Assembly: GCA_000960865.2 (NCBI GenBank)
Contig: JZWU02000003.1
Location: 1 to 64,000, forward strand
From: Vulcanisaeta sp. AZ3
Lineage (GTDB): Archaea > Thermoproteota > Thermoprotei > Thermoproteales > Thermocladiaceae
DNA length: 64,000 bases
Reading direction: 5' to 3'
The position numbers and the translations under genes are program-made. The notes under the pieces were generated by a model. That model did not search any database. It was given only the letters and a program-made list of their open reading frames with translations, and had not been told where the DNA came from. Within the stretch, counting starts at the first letter, position 1. Each line of letters opens with the position of its first letter. Positions 40,180 through 50,225 of this stretch are shown here, one piece after another.

Positions 40180-40225
40180 CGCTTGTATTAAGTTATGGGT
40201 CTTAAAAATAATTTTCACTGCCAAA

Positions 40226-40720
40226 CTATGGTAATTGTCTTGCTTGGCCTATCGTGTAGTACCCCCTGTTGTAGTATATCAATGGTGACTTATTATTCAT
40301 TACTTGGCCGTCGATAACCTCGCCAACAAAAATTGTATGGTCACCAATTGGATACTTCGCAACAACCCTACAGTCAAGGTATGCTATTGAACCCTCGATT
40401 ATTGGTGACCCAGTCTTTGCCGTCCTAGTCTTTAACCCCTTAAACCTCTCCTCCCTAGGGGCTGTCGCGAATCTTATGGCTAACTCCTTCATGTCATCAG
40501 ACAATATATTAACTGCATATACATTGGACTTATCAATAGCCTCATGACTAGTAAGCCTCTTATCTATTGCTATCAATACGAGAGGTGGATCCAGAGATAA
40601 TGAAGTAAAGGAATTAACAGTCAATCCGTAATACTCATTATTATAGACAGTGGTAACTATGGTAACACCCGTTGGATAATTCCTCATAATCATCTTCAGG
40701 GCATCACCCGTTATTGACAT
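40226..40720 (-). CDS. Flavin reductase (HpaC-like)
   Basis: PTGVTIVT, TVNSFTSLSLDPP, GDHTIFVGEV. Confidence 0.92.
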   Translation of the reverse strand: MSITGDALKMIMRNYPTGVTIVTTVYNNEYYGLTVNSFTSLSLDPPLVLIAIDKRLTSHEAIDKSNVYAVNILSDDMKELAIRFATAPREERFKGLKTRTAKTGSPIIEGSIAYLDCRVVAKYPIGDHTIFVGEVIDGQVMNNKSPLIYYNRGYYTIGQARQLP

Positions 40721-40891
40721 ACCTTCAACCCGAGAGAAAATTGATGCACTTTTATATCCTTTATTCCTTTAATATATTAAATTAGGAGCAAGTATTATAG
40801 TTAAAGTCTTTTGTCCTTTAGTTGATTCATTACACATAATAATAAACACAATGAAGTAAGACAACTGACGAGGAACCAGAGGGACTTCGCT

Positions 40892-41908
40892 CTATCGCTT
40901 TACATAGAGCCAACACTTAACATAAACACCCCGTCTAGCCTCCACGATAGGCGGCTCCTCCTTCTTACAAATATCCATGGCATATGGGCATCTTGGATGG
41001 AATCTACACCCTGGTGGTGGGTTTATGAGGTTTGGTGGTTCACCAGGTGCTACCTTCCTCTCAACCAACCTATTATTTGGGTCAGGATCTGGTATTGCCT
41101 CTATTAATGATTGCGCATATGGGTGAAGTGGGTTCTTAATAACGTCCTTAAATAAGCCGTATTCGGCGAACTGGCCTGCATACATTATCAATATGTAATC
41201 ACTGAAGTACTTTGCCGTGGATATATCGTGAGTTATGTACATGAATGCCATCTTATGCCTCTGCTGTATTTCCTTAAGTATCGTAAGTATCTCAACCCTA
41301 ATGGAGGCATCAAGCATTGAAACAGGCTCATCAGCAACTATAAAATCTGGATTCGTAATCACCGCTCTAGCTATCGAAACCCTCTGCCTCTGACCTCCAG
41401 AAAGCATATGTGGGTACTTATTAATGAAGTCCTCAGGCGGTGTTAACTTAACTTCCTCAAGAGCCTTATAAATCCCCTCCTCCCTCTCCTCGGCCGGCAC
41501 CCCCTGAACAATCAATGGCTCCTCCAATATAAAATGCACACTATGGAATGGATTAAGACTTGAGTATGGATCTTGAAAAACCATACCAACTCTCCTCCTA
41601 AATCCCATCCTCTTCAGCTCCTCCTCCTTAGCATATGTTATATCATTACTATCAAAATAAATCTCACCAGAAATCGGCCTCAAAAGCCTAACCATTGTCC
41701 TACCAAGCGTCGTTTTACCACTACCTGACTCACCAACAACAGCCAATGTCACTCCTCTCTCAATACTAAAGCTAATGTCATCAACAGCCTTAACAAACCT
41801 CGGCGCCGCAAATAAGCCAGGCTTTATTGTGTAGTAGGTCCTCAATCTATGAGCAATAACCAAACTATCTCTCTTCACCCATGGCGTATCCTCAAACACA
41901 TTAGACAT
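40892..41908 (-). CDS. Oligopeptide ABC transporter ATP-binding protein (OppF/DppF-like)
   Basis: GESGSGKT, LSGGQRQR, ADEP, GCRFHPRC. Confidence 0.95.
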   Translation of the reverse strand: MSNVFEDTPWVKRDSLVIAHRLRTYYTIKPGLFAAPRFVKAVDDISFSIERGVTLAVVGESGSGKTTLGRTMVRLLRPISGEIYFDSNDITYAKEEELKRMGFRRRVGMVFQDPYSSLNPFHSVHFILEEPLIVQGVPAEEREEGIYKALEEVKLTPPEDFINKYPHMLSGGQRQRVSIARAVITNPDFIVADEPVSMLDASIRVEILTILKEIQQRHKMAFMYITHDISTAKYFSDYILIMYAGQFAEYGLFKDVIKNPLHPYAQSLIEAIPDPDPNNRLVERKVAPGEPPNLINPPPGCRFHPRCPYAMDICKKEEPPIVEARRGVYVKCWLYVKR

Positions 41909-41978
41909 TGAGAAACTCTTGATTCATTATTTAAAAAGTTAACCTACATTTACGAATATATGCATATTGAAACTATGA

Positions 41979-42968
41979 TTACCTATATAACCAACAAAGG
42001 ACTAAATGCCTCCTCGAAGACTTACCCTCAAGCTCTACTAACGGCGGATCCTGAACATCACAAAGCCCCTTTAAATAATCCCTATCCCTATAGAACGGGC
42101 ATCTTGGGTGAAATCTACACCCTGATGGCGGATTTATGAGACTCGGGACCTCGCCAGGTATGAAGGACAGTGTCTTATCAACCCTTAATGTTGGTACACT
42201 CGATATTAAGCCCTGTGTATACGGGTGACTCGGATTATGATATATATCTTCGGCACCTCCAATCTCCACCAACTTACCTGCATACATTATTGCAACAGAA
42301 TCCGCCAACTCACTGGCTAATGCTAAATCGTGCGTTATAAATATGTAGGACAACTTAAACTCCCACTTCAGCTTCTTAAGTAGGTTCATTATGTTTGCCT
42401 GCGTAATTACATCAAGAGCCGATGTTGGTTCGTCAAGAATTACTATCTTTGGATGAGCCATTATTGACATAGCTATTATTACCCTTTGCTTCATACCGCC
42501 ACTTAATTGATGTGGATACCTATTGACTATATCCCTTGGAAGACCCACAGCCTCCAAGGAATCCATAGCCATCTTAAGAGCCTCCTCCCTACCCACACCT
42601 TGTAGCAGGAGAGGTTCTATCATCTGATCTCCAATCTTTATGACCGGGTTTAGGGCATTCATTGATGCTTGAGGCACCATAGCAATTTTCTTCCACCTAA
42701 CCTCTCTCCTGAACTCCTCCTCACTTATATGGAGAACCTCCCTACCCTCTAAGTAAATCTCACCATCAGCTAGAGAGACATTCCTCTCCCAAACCCTAAC
42801 AAGCAACTTAGCCAATGTAGACTTACCACTACCTGACTCACCAACAACAGCCAGACTCTCTCCCTCATTCAACTCAAAAGACACACCGTCAACAGCCTTA
42901 ACAATACCCTTACTCGTTCCATAATAAAGCCTTGCATTCTTAACATCAAGCAACACCATAACAATCAC
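41979..42968 (-). CDS. Oligopeptide ABC transporter ATP-binding protein (OppD/DppD-like)
   Basis: GESGSGKS, LSGGMKQR, LDEPT, GCRFHPRC. Confidence 0.95.
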   Translation of the reverse strand: MIVMVLLDVKNARLYYGTSKGIVKAVDGVSFELNEGESLAVVGESGSGKSTLAKLLVRVWERNVSLADGEIYLEGREVLHISEEEFRREVRWKKIAMVPQASMNALNPVIKIGDQMIEPLLLQGVGREEALKMAMDSLEAVGLPRDIVNRYPHQLSGGMKQRVIIAMSIMAHPKIVILDEPTSALDVITQANIMNLLKKLKWEFKLSYIFITHDLALASELADSVAIMYAGKLVEIGGAEDIYHNPSHPYTQGLISSVPTLRVDKTLSFIPGEVPSLINPPSGCRFHPRCPFYRDRDYLKGLCDVQDPPLVELEGKSSRRHLVLCWLYR

Positions 42969-44392
42969 CCATACCTAAGCCTCGGATTAACCACAGGCTC
43001 AGAAGCCATAGCAGCCAATATGAATACCACAGCTGTGTAAGCCACGAGAAGGCCAGGTGGTATAACCCACCACCAATAACCCGAGGTCAACGCACCAAAA
43101 ACATCCGCATAATAAAGCAGCATACCCCAGGTTGGGTACTCAGACCCAGCTAGGCCAAGGAAGTTTATTGAAGTTATTGTTAATATTCCACCAGGCACAC
43201 CAGTCACAAGTAGGTATAGTATGTACGGAATTATTTGCGGTAATATATGATTCCTAAGTATCCACATTCTACTCGCACCAGCTATCATTGCAGATTCTAT
43301 ATATTGAGCGCTCCTTATCTGCATTACCATAGCCCTAATAATCCTAGCCGAACCACCCCAAGACAGAATAGCGAGGAAAATAATTGCATCCCAAATGCTC
43401 CAACGAAACAGTACAGAAAATACTATTAATAATGGAAAGGCTGGTAGCAATATTGTGAAGTCCGTAAGCCTCATCAACCCCTCATCGGCTAAACCACCAT
43501 AGAAGCCCGCCACAATACCTATCACTACAGCAATAATAACCGCTATTAAGGCGGTTAACAAACCTATGGCTAAATCAATTGGAAAACCCGCCAATAAACC
43601 AAGCCATAAATCATGACCCTCATTATCAGTACCCATTAACCCATACACCTGTCCCTGAAGCACAACCTTAAGATCATCCTTATTAATTATTGATGTACCA
43701 TTTCCTGAAAATACATAAAAAACAAGCCTAAAGTTATACACACCCTTTAACGGAGTTAACCTACCATCATCCACAGTATAGAATAAATATGGCGTAGCCG
43801 GCTGTCCCGAAGGCACAACACTAATTATATGATACTTCTCAGCATAGAATAGGTTCACTTGACTAACAACCTGCGGAGCAGCACCAAGTAGCGTAGTCTC
43901 ACTGCTAATGGGTAATGGGCCCAGGGTTAACTCACTACCATCCGGCCTAGTAACTATTATTGAGAGGAGAGGAGGCTGTGACAAGCCATATATTGATGGA
44001 TTATTTATGACTATGAAGATCTCACTCCACGGATGGTCATACCTATAATCAACACTGAAGGACACGGTTATGTAAGTAGTACCATCACTCCGTTGAACCG
44101 TGTACTGATAATTATCAACGTAGACCTGCGGTGAATAGACAGGACCTATTAACGAATCTACCCAGGCTGGCGGCGCATATTCAGGATTTAATTGCCAATA
44201 ATTAGGATTATTCCAAACACTCCCAAAATTTGATGGCAACACTATTAATGCATAGATTGAAAATACAATAAGTACTATAAACAGTACTAAAGCAACCTTA
44301 CCAACACTACTTGAGATAAACTCTCTAGCTATCTCACCCGGTGTCATCCCGAGGATCCTAAATTCACTCTTCCTCCTAGCCATAACCCTCAC
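42965..44392 (-). CDS. Oligopeptide ABC transporter permease (OppC-like)
   Basis: MGTD..G.D, EAA loop YIESA..AGAS, PTWG, WWW..PPG. Confidence 0.93.
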   Translation of the reverse strand: MRVMARRKSEFRILGMTPGEIAREFISSSVGKVALVLFIVLIVFSIYALIVLPSNFGSVWNNPNYWQLNPEYAPPAWVDSLIGPVYSPQVYVDNYQYTVQRSDGTTYITVSFSVDYRYDHPWSEIFIVINNPSIYGLSQPPLLSIIVTRPDGSELTLGPLPISSETTLLGAAPQVVSQVNLFYAEKYHIISVVPSGQPATPYLFYTVDDGRLTPLKGVYNFRLVFYVFSGNGTSIINKDDLKVVLQGQVYGLMGTDNEGHDLWLGLLAGFPIDLAIGLLTALIAVIIAVVIGIVAGFYGGLADEGLMRLTDFTILLPAFPLLIVFSVLFRWSIWDAIIFLAILSWGGSARIIRAMVMQIRSAQYIESAMIAGASRMWILRNHILPQIIPYILYLLVTGVPGGILTITSINFLGLAGSEYPTWGMLLYYADVFGALTSGYWWWVIPPGLLVAYTAVVFILAAMASEPVVNPRLRYG

Positions 44393-45498
44393 TCTCTAAG
44401 TCTAGGATCTAGGATTATATAGACTATCTCCATTATAAATATTATCACTATGTAGAGTAACGTCGATGCATATGTTAATGCAACAACAACGGGTAAGTCA
44501 GGTATTGGTGATCCAACAATCGCTATGTTATACACATAACCAAGACCCCACCAATGAAACACAGCCTCAGTAATCAGGAACCCGCCAAATATTATAAATG
44601 GTATCGTAATAAAGACACTGGTCAATATTGATGGAGCCGCAGGCCTCAGAATATACCTATTAACAACCTGGCTCTCCGGTAAACCCTTTATCTTAGCAAA
44701 CGTCACAAAATCCTCCTGAGAAGTACTGAGGACAACAGTCCTTGCGAAGTAAGCCCAACCACCAATATTAATTATTAAAACTGTAACGAGAGGTAATGTG
44801 AAATGCCAAAGCAAGTTAAGGACAGCTGAGGGTATTGCAAACACCTTAAGCGGATTTGTAAGCCATAAAGTATAATACTCAGGACTTAAAATACCACCCG
44901 CAGGGAAGTAAATAGGCGCGTGCATTTGTGTTAGGTAAAATGCAAATACCAGTAACAAGACGACACCGAACCACCACTGAGGAATACCATATGACAACGC
45001 TGCATAATACATGACTGCCTTATCAGTTTTAGAACCATACTTAAGGGCTGACCAAAGCCCCACCTCAATACCAATTAAGGCACTAAGAAGTATTCCAAAG
45101 GTATCAAGGAGTATCGTACCCGGCAAAGCAGATAAGATTATATCCACAACCTTACCACCACCAACATTACCATACTCATTGGGGAAATACGAGTAACCCC
45201 AATTAAAAGCTAACATATTGTACATAATATACAATGTCCTAATGACAGGCGGCTGATTAAGTCCATAGGCATTCCTTAACTGCGTAATTATTTGTTGCTG
45301 AATATGCTGTATTTGTGTTGTGTTATAATGCCCATGTATCATTAAGTTCATTACTATAGACTTAGCCTCCAACATTATCTCAGACTCAAGAATCTTCGAA
45401 GCAGGTCCTGAAAGCGCAAAAGATATTATGAAGAGAACAATAAGTAGCAAAATAACAAGTGTGGCAGCCCTAACAGCCAACGTCCTAGTGAGTCCCAT
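44389..45498 (-). CDS. Oligopeptide ABC transporter permease (OppB-like)
   Basis: YGLNQP, EDFV.FAK.KGL, E.VF.W.GLG, LDPRL. Confidence 0.93.
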   Translation of the reverse strand: MGLTRTLAVRAATLVILLLIVLFIISFALSGPASKILESEIMLEAKSIVMNLMIHGHYNTTQIQHIQQQIITQLRNAYGLNQPPVIRTLYIMYNMLAFNWGYSYFPNEYGNVGGGKVVDIILSALPGTILLDTFGILLSALIGIEVGLWSALKYGSKTDKAVMYYAALSYGIPQWWFGVVLLLVFAFYLTQMHAPIYFPAGGILSPEYYTLWLTNPLKVFAIPSAVLNLLWHFTLPLVTVLIINIGGWAYFARTVVLSTSQEDFVTFAKIKGLPESQVVNRYILRPAAPSILTSVFITIPFIIFGGFLITEAVFHWWGLGYVYNIAIVGSPIPDLPVVVALTYASTLLYIVIIFIMEIVYIILDPRLRE

Positions 45499-45627
45499 TG
45501 ATGATTAAATTACCATAGGCTATTTAAGTCTTACTAACATATGTAGATCAATTTAGAAAATCATAATTAAAAGAATTATAAATATGAGAATTTTAATTTT
45601 AATGCAACTTTAATTAATTAATTAGCC

Positions 45628-48309
45628 TTACCTTTTCCTTCTCCTAATCGCAAGCCAGGCACCGATTGCAATTACCACCACTACCACAATTATTACTACC
45701 GTTATCCATAACCATGCATAACTCACTGTGGGCGGTGGTGTTGGCGGTGGTGGCGGCGGTGGTGGAGGTGGCGATACTGTTAATGATGTGACATACTGCA
45801 CAGGCAATGTTACAATATTAGTGAAGGCATATATCAATAAATTGTACGCCCCCGGCGTTAATGTCGCCGTTACACTACTCGGTATTGTTACTGTCAACAC
45901 GCCTGGTGTTGTTGAGCTAGCAAAGGTTTCGTAGATAATCTTCCCAGTGCTTGGATTTATCAAGTAAACATAACCCTCTGGATTACCTACCGCCTTCATG
46001 CTAATTGTTAATGTCGCAGTAGTGTTCACGGTTACTGACGTCGGCGATACTGATACTATACTTGGTACAAGGCTCGATGGCACTGATGTAACACCTAACT
46101 TAACGAACACTTGCTTAAACCAATACGTGTAATTATATGGATAGCCAGTCCATCTAACAAATACTGCAGACTGCGGAACTACCGTGCTTATACTCTTTAG
46201 AATGTATGGTCCATTACTTATCCAGAAGTTACCGTAGGTATTATAGAAGTTAAGTGCATACTTATAATCCTGAACAGCCGTAGCAGTTGGATTGGGGCCG
46301 AGGAAGTTATAACCATTAACAATAGCCCAAGAACCATTATCCCAAATATAACCCGTGCTAATCCAATTCTGCAATACACTAGCCAAGTATGCGTTAAAAG
46401 CAGGCGATCTAAAGTCCTCCTGCGGAACCTTCAATGACTGAGCCTCACCACTTGTGAATGCATACTTACCCTGCTGGTAGGCATACATTTCAAGAGCCTC
46501 AACAACCCATGGGTTAGCAAGCGTTGGGAACCCAGGTGCGTAAAAAGAAGCAACTATATTGGGGTCTGGGAACCAGTAGGTGCCGTAGACAACTACAGTG
46601 CCGTTCGGGAAGAATTGCATACCCACTATTGTACTCGTAGTAGTAGATATTACACCACCAACATCGCTGGCTGTCGCCTGATTAGGCCCTAGGTCAGGTG
46701 CCCCTGTGGTTGTTGTTGCAGCAAGGTCGAACCACGTGTAGTAGTAGAATATTATGTCCGCCATGCTTATGGGCTGACCATCCTGCCACTCCTGACCAAG
46801 CCACGTACCGTTGAAGTAGTAATAAACAACGTCCTTCGCATACTGGCCAGGACCAACTGGTTGCCACTTCTCTGTGGTTGCGTTCCAAATTACAGCGTTC
46901 GGCGGTACTGGGTATATTGCTGAGCCATTGGGGCTTAGCTTGGCCACATACCAAGAACCCCTTAACGGCATTGGTTCACCTGTGAATGGGTTGTAGTAGG
47001 CGAATGGGTCACTGGTGAACTCCTGTATTATGTCGTCTGTATATGTATCGATGGATACGTACCACCCGAAGGTATTCATTGGGAATTCACTAACGTGGAG
47101 CATACCAACATTGAGCGTGTCTGGGTGGGTTGTTGAGTATGCGAATTTAATGCCGAGTGGCCATTCTAAGCCGAAGACACTTGGCATCCAATTTGTTAGG
47201 TTCTGTATTGGGTATGGGAATGTACCAGCAACAAGCCAGACCCTAACTGCTTGCTGGAAACAGTCGTATAGGGATGTCTCTGAGTAGTTCTCGAATTGCT
47301 GTAGGCTTGTGAAGTTTCCAATGGAGACCCATGTAGTTAATGTATTGATTGTAGAGTTCGTGTACTGCCAGTAACCTGTCACGCCCCAGCCTGGCATGTC
47401 GCCGGTCCAGGTGGCACAGAAGTAGGCGCCTGCGCTTGTGTCCCATGGTGTTGGGGTTATTGTCCAAGCCTCGGTGTATATTGACCACTCCATACTGGCT
47501 GGGTTTGAGCCGTAGACTATTGTTAATGCGTCGGATAGTGTGCCGTATATTGGCTTAACAGTGAAGCCTAGGCTCTCTAGTGCTGACATGAACATCTGGC
47601 CCATTGCGTACCTGTATGGGTCGTCCTTTCTAATGAAAAATATTATGGTGACTGGTTGTGGGGTTGTGCTGTTTGGTGGTATGTAGTACCACTTGTGGTT
47701 TATGTAGAGTATTCTACCGACCCATGGGTTTGGCATGCCGTCGAAGGTTGATGAGGTGTTTATGGCCTTGAATATCTGGAATAATGATTGATTCACGTAG
47801 GTTGGGTTGTAATGAATGTTTGCCTGTACGATCTTACCTTGAATTAATAATTGACTCTTTAGTGCGAAGGGGCTTGGCCAGTCATACATTGGTGTTGCGT
47901 AGCCTGAGAATACCTGTGTTACTATTGCGCTCCTATCGACTAGGTAATTCATTAGGAATCTAACTTGCCAGTAGGCGAATGGGTTGAAGGTGGTGTTGCT
48001 TGGGTATGGGTTGAAGAGTAGGTCGTAGCCTGAGGTTATTGCTGGGCTGACCATTTGTATACCTGGTGTGGTGGCTAATTGGGATAATACGTTGGGTGGT
48101 AGTGCGAATGGATTTAGGTATATGTCTATTTTGTTTGATGTGAAGTATTGTACGGCTTCCGTTGGGCTTACTTCGTATACATAAATTGTGGATGGCATTG
48201 TGAGGGTCTGTTGTGCATTGATTGTGAGACTTAAGGCTAGGGCTATTATCGTTATTGCCATTACTGTTATTATAAGCACGTAACTTATGGTTTCTCCTTT
48301 GTTAGGCAT
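45628..48309 (-). CDS. Membrane-anchored family 5 peptide-binding protein
   Basis: Signal peptide, NPFA..QVR..MNYLVDR, WQDG.PIS.AD, NGPY; C-terminal Pro linker, TM and basic tail. Confidence 0.88.
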   Translation of the reverse strand: MPNKGETISYVLIITVMAITIIALALSLTINAQQTLTMPSTIYVYEVSPTEAVQYFTSNKIDIYLNPFALPPNVLSQLATTPGIQMVSPAITSGYDLLFNPYPSNTTFNPFAYWQVRFLMNYLVDRSAIVTQVFSGYATPMYDWPSPFALKSQLLIQGKIVQANIHYNPTYVNQSLFQIFKAINTSSTFDGMPNPWVGRILYINHKWYYIPPNSTTPQPVTIIFFIRKDDPYRYAMGQMFMSALESLGFTVKPIYGTLSDALTIVYGSNPASMEWSIYTEAWTITPTPWDTSAGAYFCATWTGDMPGWGVTGYWQYTNSTINTLTTWVSIGNFTSLQQFENYSETSLYDCFQQAVRVWLVAGTFPYPIQNLTNWMPSVFGLEWPLGIKFAYSTTHPDTLNVGMLHVSEFPMNTFGWYVSIDTYTDDIIQEFTSDPFAYYNPFTGEPMPLRGSWYVAKLSPNGSAIYPVPPNAVIWNATTEKWQPVGPGQYAKDVVYYYFNGTWLGQEWQDGQPISMADIIFYYYTWFDLAATTTTGAPDLGPNQATASDVGGVISTTTSTIVGMQFFPNGTVVVYGTYWFPDPNIVASFYAPGFPTLANPWVVEALEMYAYQQGKYAFTSGEAQSLKVPQEDFRSPAFNAYLASVLQNWISTGYIWDNGSWAIVNGYNFLGPNPTATAVQDYKYALNFYNTYGNFWISNGPYILKSISTVVPQSAVFVRWTGYPYNYTYWFKQVFVKLGVTSVPSSLVPSIVSVSPTSVTVNTTATLTISMKAVGNPEGYVYLINPSTGKIIYETFASSTTPGVLTVTIPSSVTATLTPGAYNLLIYAFTNIVTLPVQYVTSLTVSPPPPPPPPPPTPPPTVSYAWLWITVVIIVVVVVIAIGAWLAIRRRKR
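45730..45772 (-). repeat. Low-complexity CCN repeat encoding a polyproline linker (PPPPPPPPPPTPPP)
   Basis: GGC/GGT triplet run on the + strand. Confidence 0.85.
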
Positions 48310-48333
48310 AATGTTATCATCTTATCTAGGTAT

Positions 48334-48870
48334 TTAAGTTTTTCTAGATATATTGGTTATTAATTCTATAAATCCAGTTATTAATAATGATATTGTTAGT
48401 ATAAATAGTATTGTTAGTATAATAGTCAATGCATTGGCCAGTGCGGATCTACGGATACCTAGTATTTCTATTTGTCCTTGTCCTGTTAATACTGTATTTA
48501 GTGAGGTTAATGTTGTGAAGTTGAGTGTTTTTAGTTGGTTTGGGCCTAGGTTTTCTGTGTAGTATAGTGTTATTGTGATGTTTGTCTCGGGTATCCATTT
48601 ATTTATTGTTAAGTTTACGTGTAGACTGCTTTTGCTTGTCTCTAGGGTTATTATTATTATGTCTGAGGGGTTTACGATGAATGTTTTATTTATTGCTGGT
48701 CCGTTGTAATATTGATTGACTTTGTATGGCATTAGTATTAGGAATATAGCCAATATTACTGTTATTGTGCCGAGTATGTATGCACTGATTATGAGTTTAT
48801 TTCTCATTGCCTCACGAAGCATTGAAGAATAACTAGTTATGAATTTAAAGACCTTACTAACCCCTTCCAA
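48334..48870 (-). CDS. Hypothetical membrane protein upstream of the opp cluster
   Basis: Two TM helices flanking an Asn/Thr-rich loop; start probably ATG 48822 or 48807. Confidence 0.65.
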   Translation of the reverse strand: MEGVSKVFKFITSYSSMLREAMRNKLIISAYILGTITVILAIFLILMPYKVNQYYNGPAINKTFIVNPSDIIIITLETSKSSLHVNLTINKWIPETNITITLYYTENLGPNQLKTLNFTTLTSLNTVLTGQGQIEILGIRRSALANALTIILTILFILTISLLITGFIELITNISRKT

Positions 48871-49027
48871 GGTAAGGAAGGGGTTGACTTATGGCTTATT
48901 CACTGGTTGGGTCTTTGCCTATTCAGGGTTTACAATAGGTCTTTCATAGGGTTTTCTTAATTCTGTAATTAATTTCTGCGAGGCGGTGTTTATTATTTAA
49001 GAGTTAGGAGAAGACTGTACTACTGGT

Positions 49028-49183
49028 TTATGGTTTTAGTTTGGTTCTTCTCCAGAGTCTTCTGGCTGGGTTTGTTAGGACTTTTCTGTTTGTTCTTGCG
49101 GTTACCCATATTGGTGGTGCTCTATTTGATTTGTTTGCTGCTGCAAGTCTTAGTTTCCTGCCTAGGGGTTTGTTCTTGGCCAT
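49028..49183 (-). CDS. rpl39e: 50S ribosomal protein L39e (absent from ORF track)
   Basis: Manual translation [51 protein letters not shown]. Confidence 0.95.
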   Translation of the reverse strand: MAKNKPLGRKLRLAAANKSNRAPPIWVTARTNRKVLTNPARRLWRRTKLKP

Positions 49184-49187
49184 ACTC

Positions 49188-49541
49188 TCACCTGTACCTT
49201 ATCCTGAATTCCTTGCGGGTTTGTTTATAAATTGTTTCTAGTATTTTCTTTAGGTCTTCATCAGTTATGGGTACCTTAACCCTTCCTGACTGGGCTAGGG
49301 CTATTAACTGTTGCTCCAATGTGTCGACTAGTTCTGGCTTCACTATTCTGAGGTTGTCAAGTCTTTCCCTGGCCTCTGGTGTCAGTATTACTCTGAGGGC
49401 TGCCCTTCTCTGTGCCGCAAGTTCCTGCCTTTTTCTCTCCTCCTCGATCTGTTTCTCTAGTTCTTGCATTTTCCTTTGTCTAATTTCTTCAAGTTCCTCA
49501 TCGTTAGTTGATTGCTCATAATAATCTTCGTCTGAAGACAT
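49188..49541 (-). CDS. PDCD5-like DNA-binding protein
   Basis: ELEEIR...[18 protein letters not shown]...QLI.LAQSG. Confidence 0.93.
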   Translation of the reverse strand: MSSDEDYYEQSTNDEELEEIRQRKMQELEKQIEEERKRQELAAQRRAALRVILTPEARERLDNLRIVKPELVDTLEQQLIALAQSGRVKVPITDEDLKKILETIYKQTRKEFRIRYR

Positions 49542-49654
49542 CTTAGTGCAGAGCTACTGGGCTTATTTATTAACCTAAGCCTTAGTTGGGGTGTGAGGCC
49601 TTGTCTTTAGTATGGGTTGGGCTTGAGTTGTATTGCTTAGGGCTTGGTTTTTGT

Positions 49655-50137
49655 TTATTCGCTGGGTGTCTTTGGTGTTAAGTACTTATTTAATTCTGGC
49701 CTTTGTTTTGCAAGGTCCTTAAGTATATTTGTGGCTAATTTATCCAGTAGCGCCCTACCCTGTGGTGTCAAGACCCTACCCTCCTTAGCCTTGGTGACTA
49801 GGCCGGCGGTTTCTAGTTGATGTAGTATATTCCTTATTATTGCACCGCCAGCCTTCCTAGTTCTTTCGCTCCTAGTTCTAGGTCCCACCTTAGCTCTATA
49901 ACTAAATGCCATTCTGAGGCTGCCAATGCCCACGGGTCCATTTAGGTATATTTTCCTTAGTATGGCGGCGGCTCTTACGTACCACCAATCATCTTGCATT
50001 GGGAGTCTGTCTTTATTAGCTCCTGTTTTTACGAATAATGCCCACTCGGGTGGTTTTACTTGTGGCACATTCTCCCTTAAGTACTTAGCTAGTTCCTTAA
50101 TCATTAGGTCCGCAGGTACGTCTTTGACACTAACCAA
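49655..50137 (-). CDS. rps19e: 30S ribosomal protein S19e
   Basis: SVKDVP, PEWA.FVKTG, WWYVRAA.ILRK, LHQLE.AG; start probably TTG 50137 (TATA about 30 nt upstream). Confidence 0.95.
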   Translation of the reverse strand: MVSVKDVPADLMIKELAKYLRENVPQVKPPEWALFVKTGANKDRLPMQDDWWYVRAAAILRKIYLNGPVGIGSLRMAFSYRAKVGPRTRSERTRKAGGAIIRNILHQLETAGLVTKAKEGRVLTPQGRALLDKLATNILKDLAKQRPELNKYLTPKTPSE

Positions 50138-50225
50138 GGCTGGTCGCTGAACGTAGTTACTAGGGTTAATAAACATTAAGCTGCTTGTAAAATGCTTATA
50201 AGTGGACGTGGCAAGGGTTAATGTG

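Noticed and set aside
48880-49027. Expected rpl31e, or a structured RNA (CCTATT/AATAGG hairpin), downstream of rpl39e
   Set aside because: No L31e-like frame found; the hairpin is short with no clear K-turn or ACA motif
49030-49241. Two hydrophobic plus-strand ORFs
   Set aside because: Antisense shadows of rpl39e and the PDCD5-like gene
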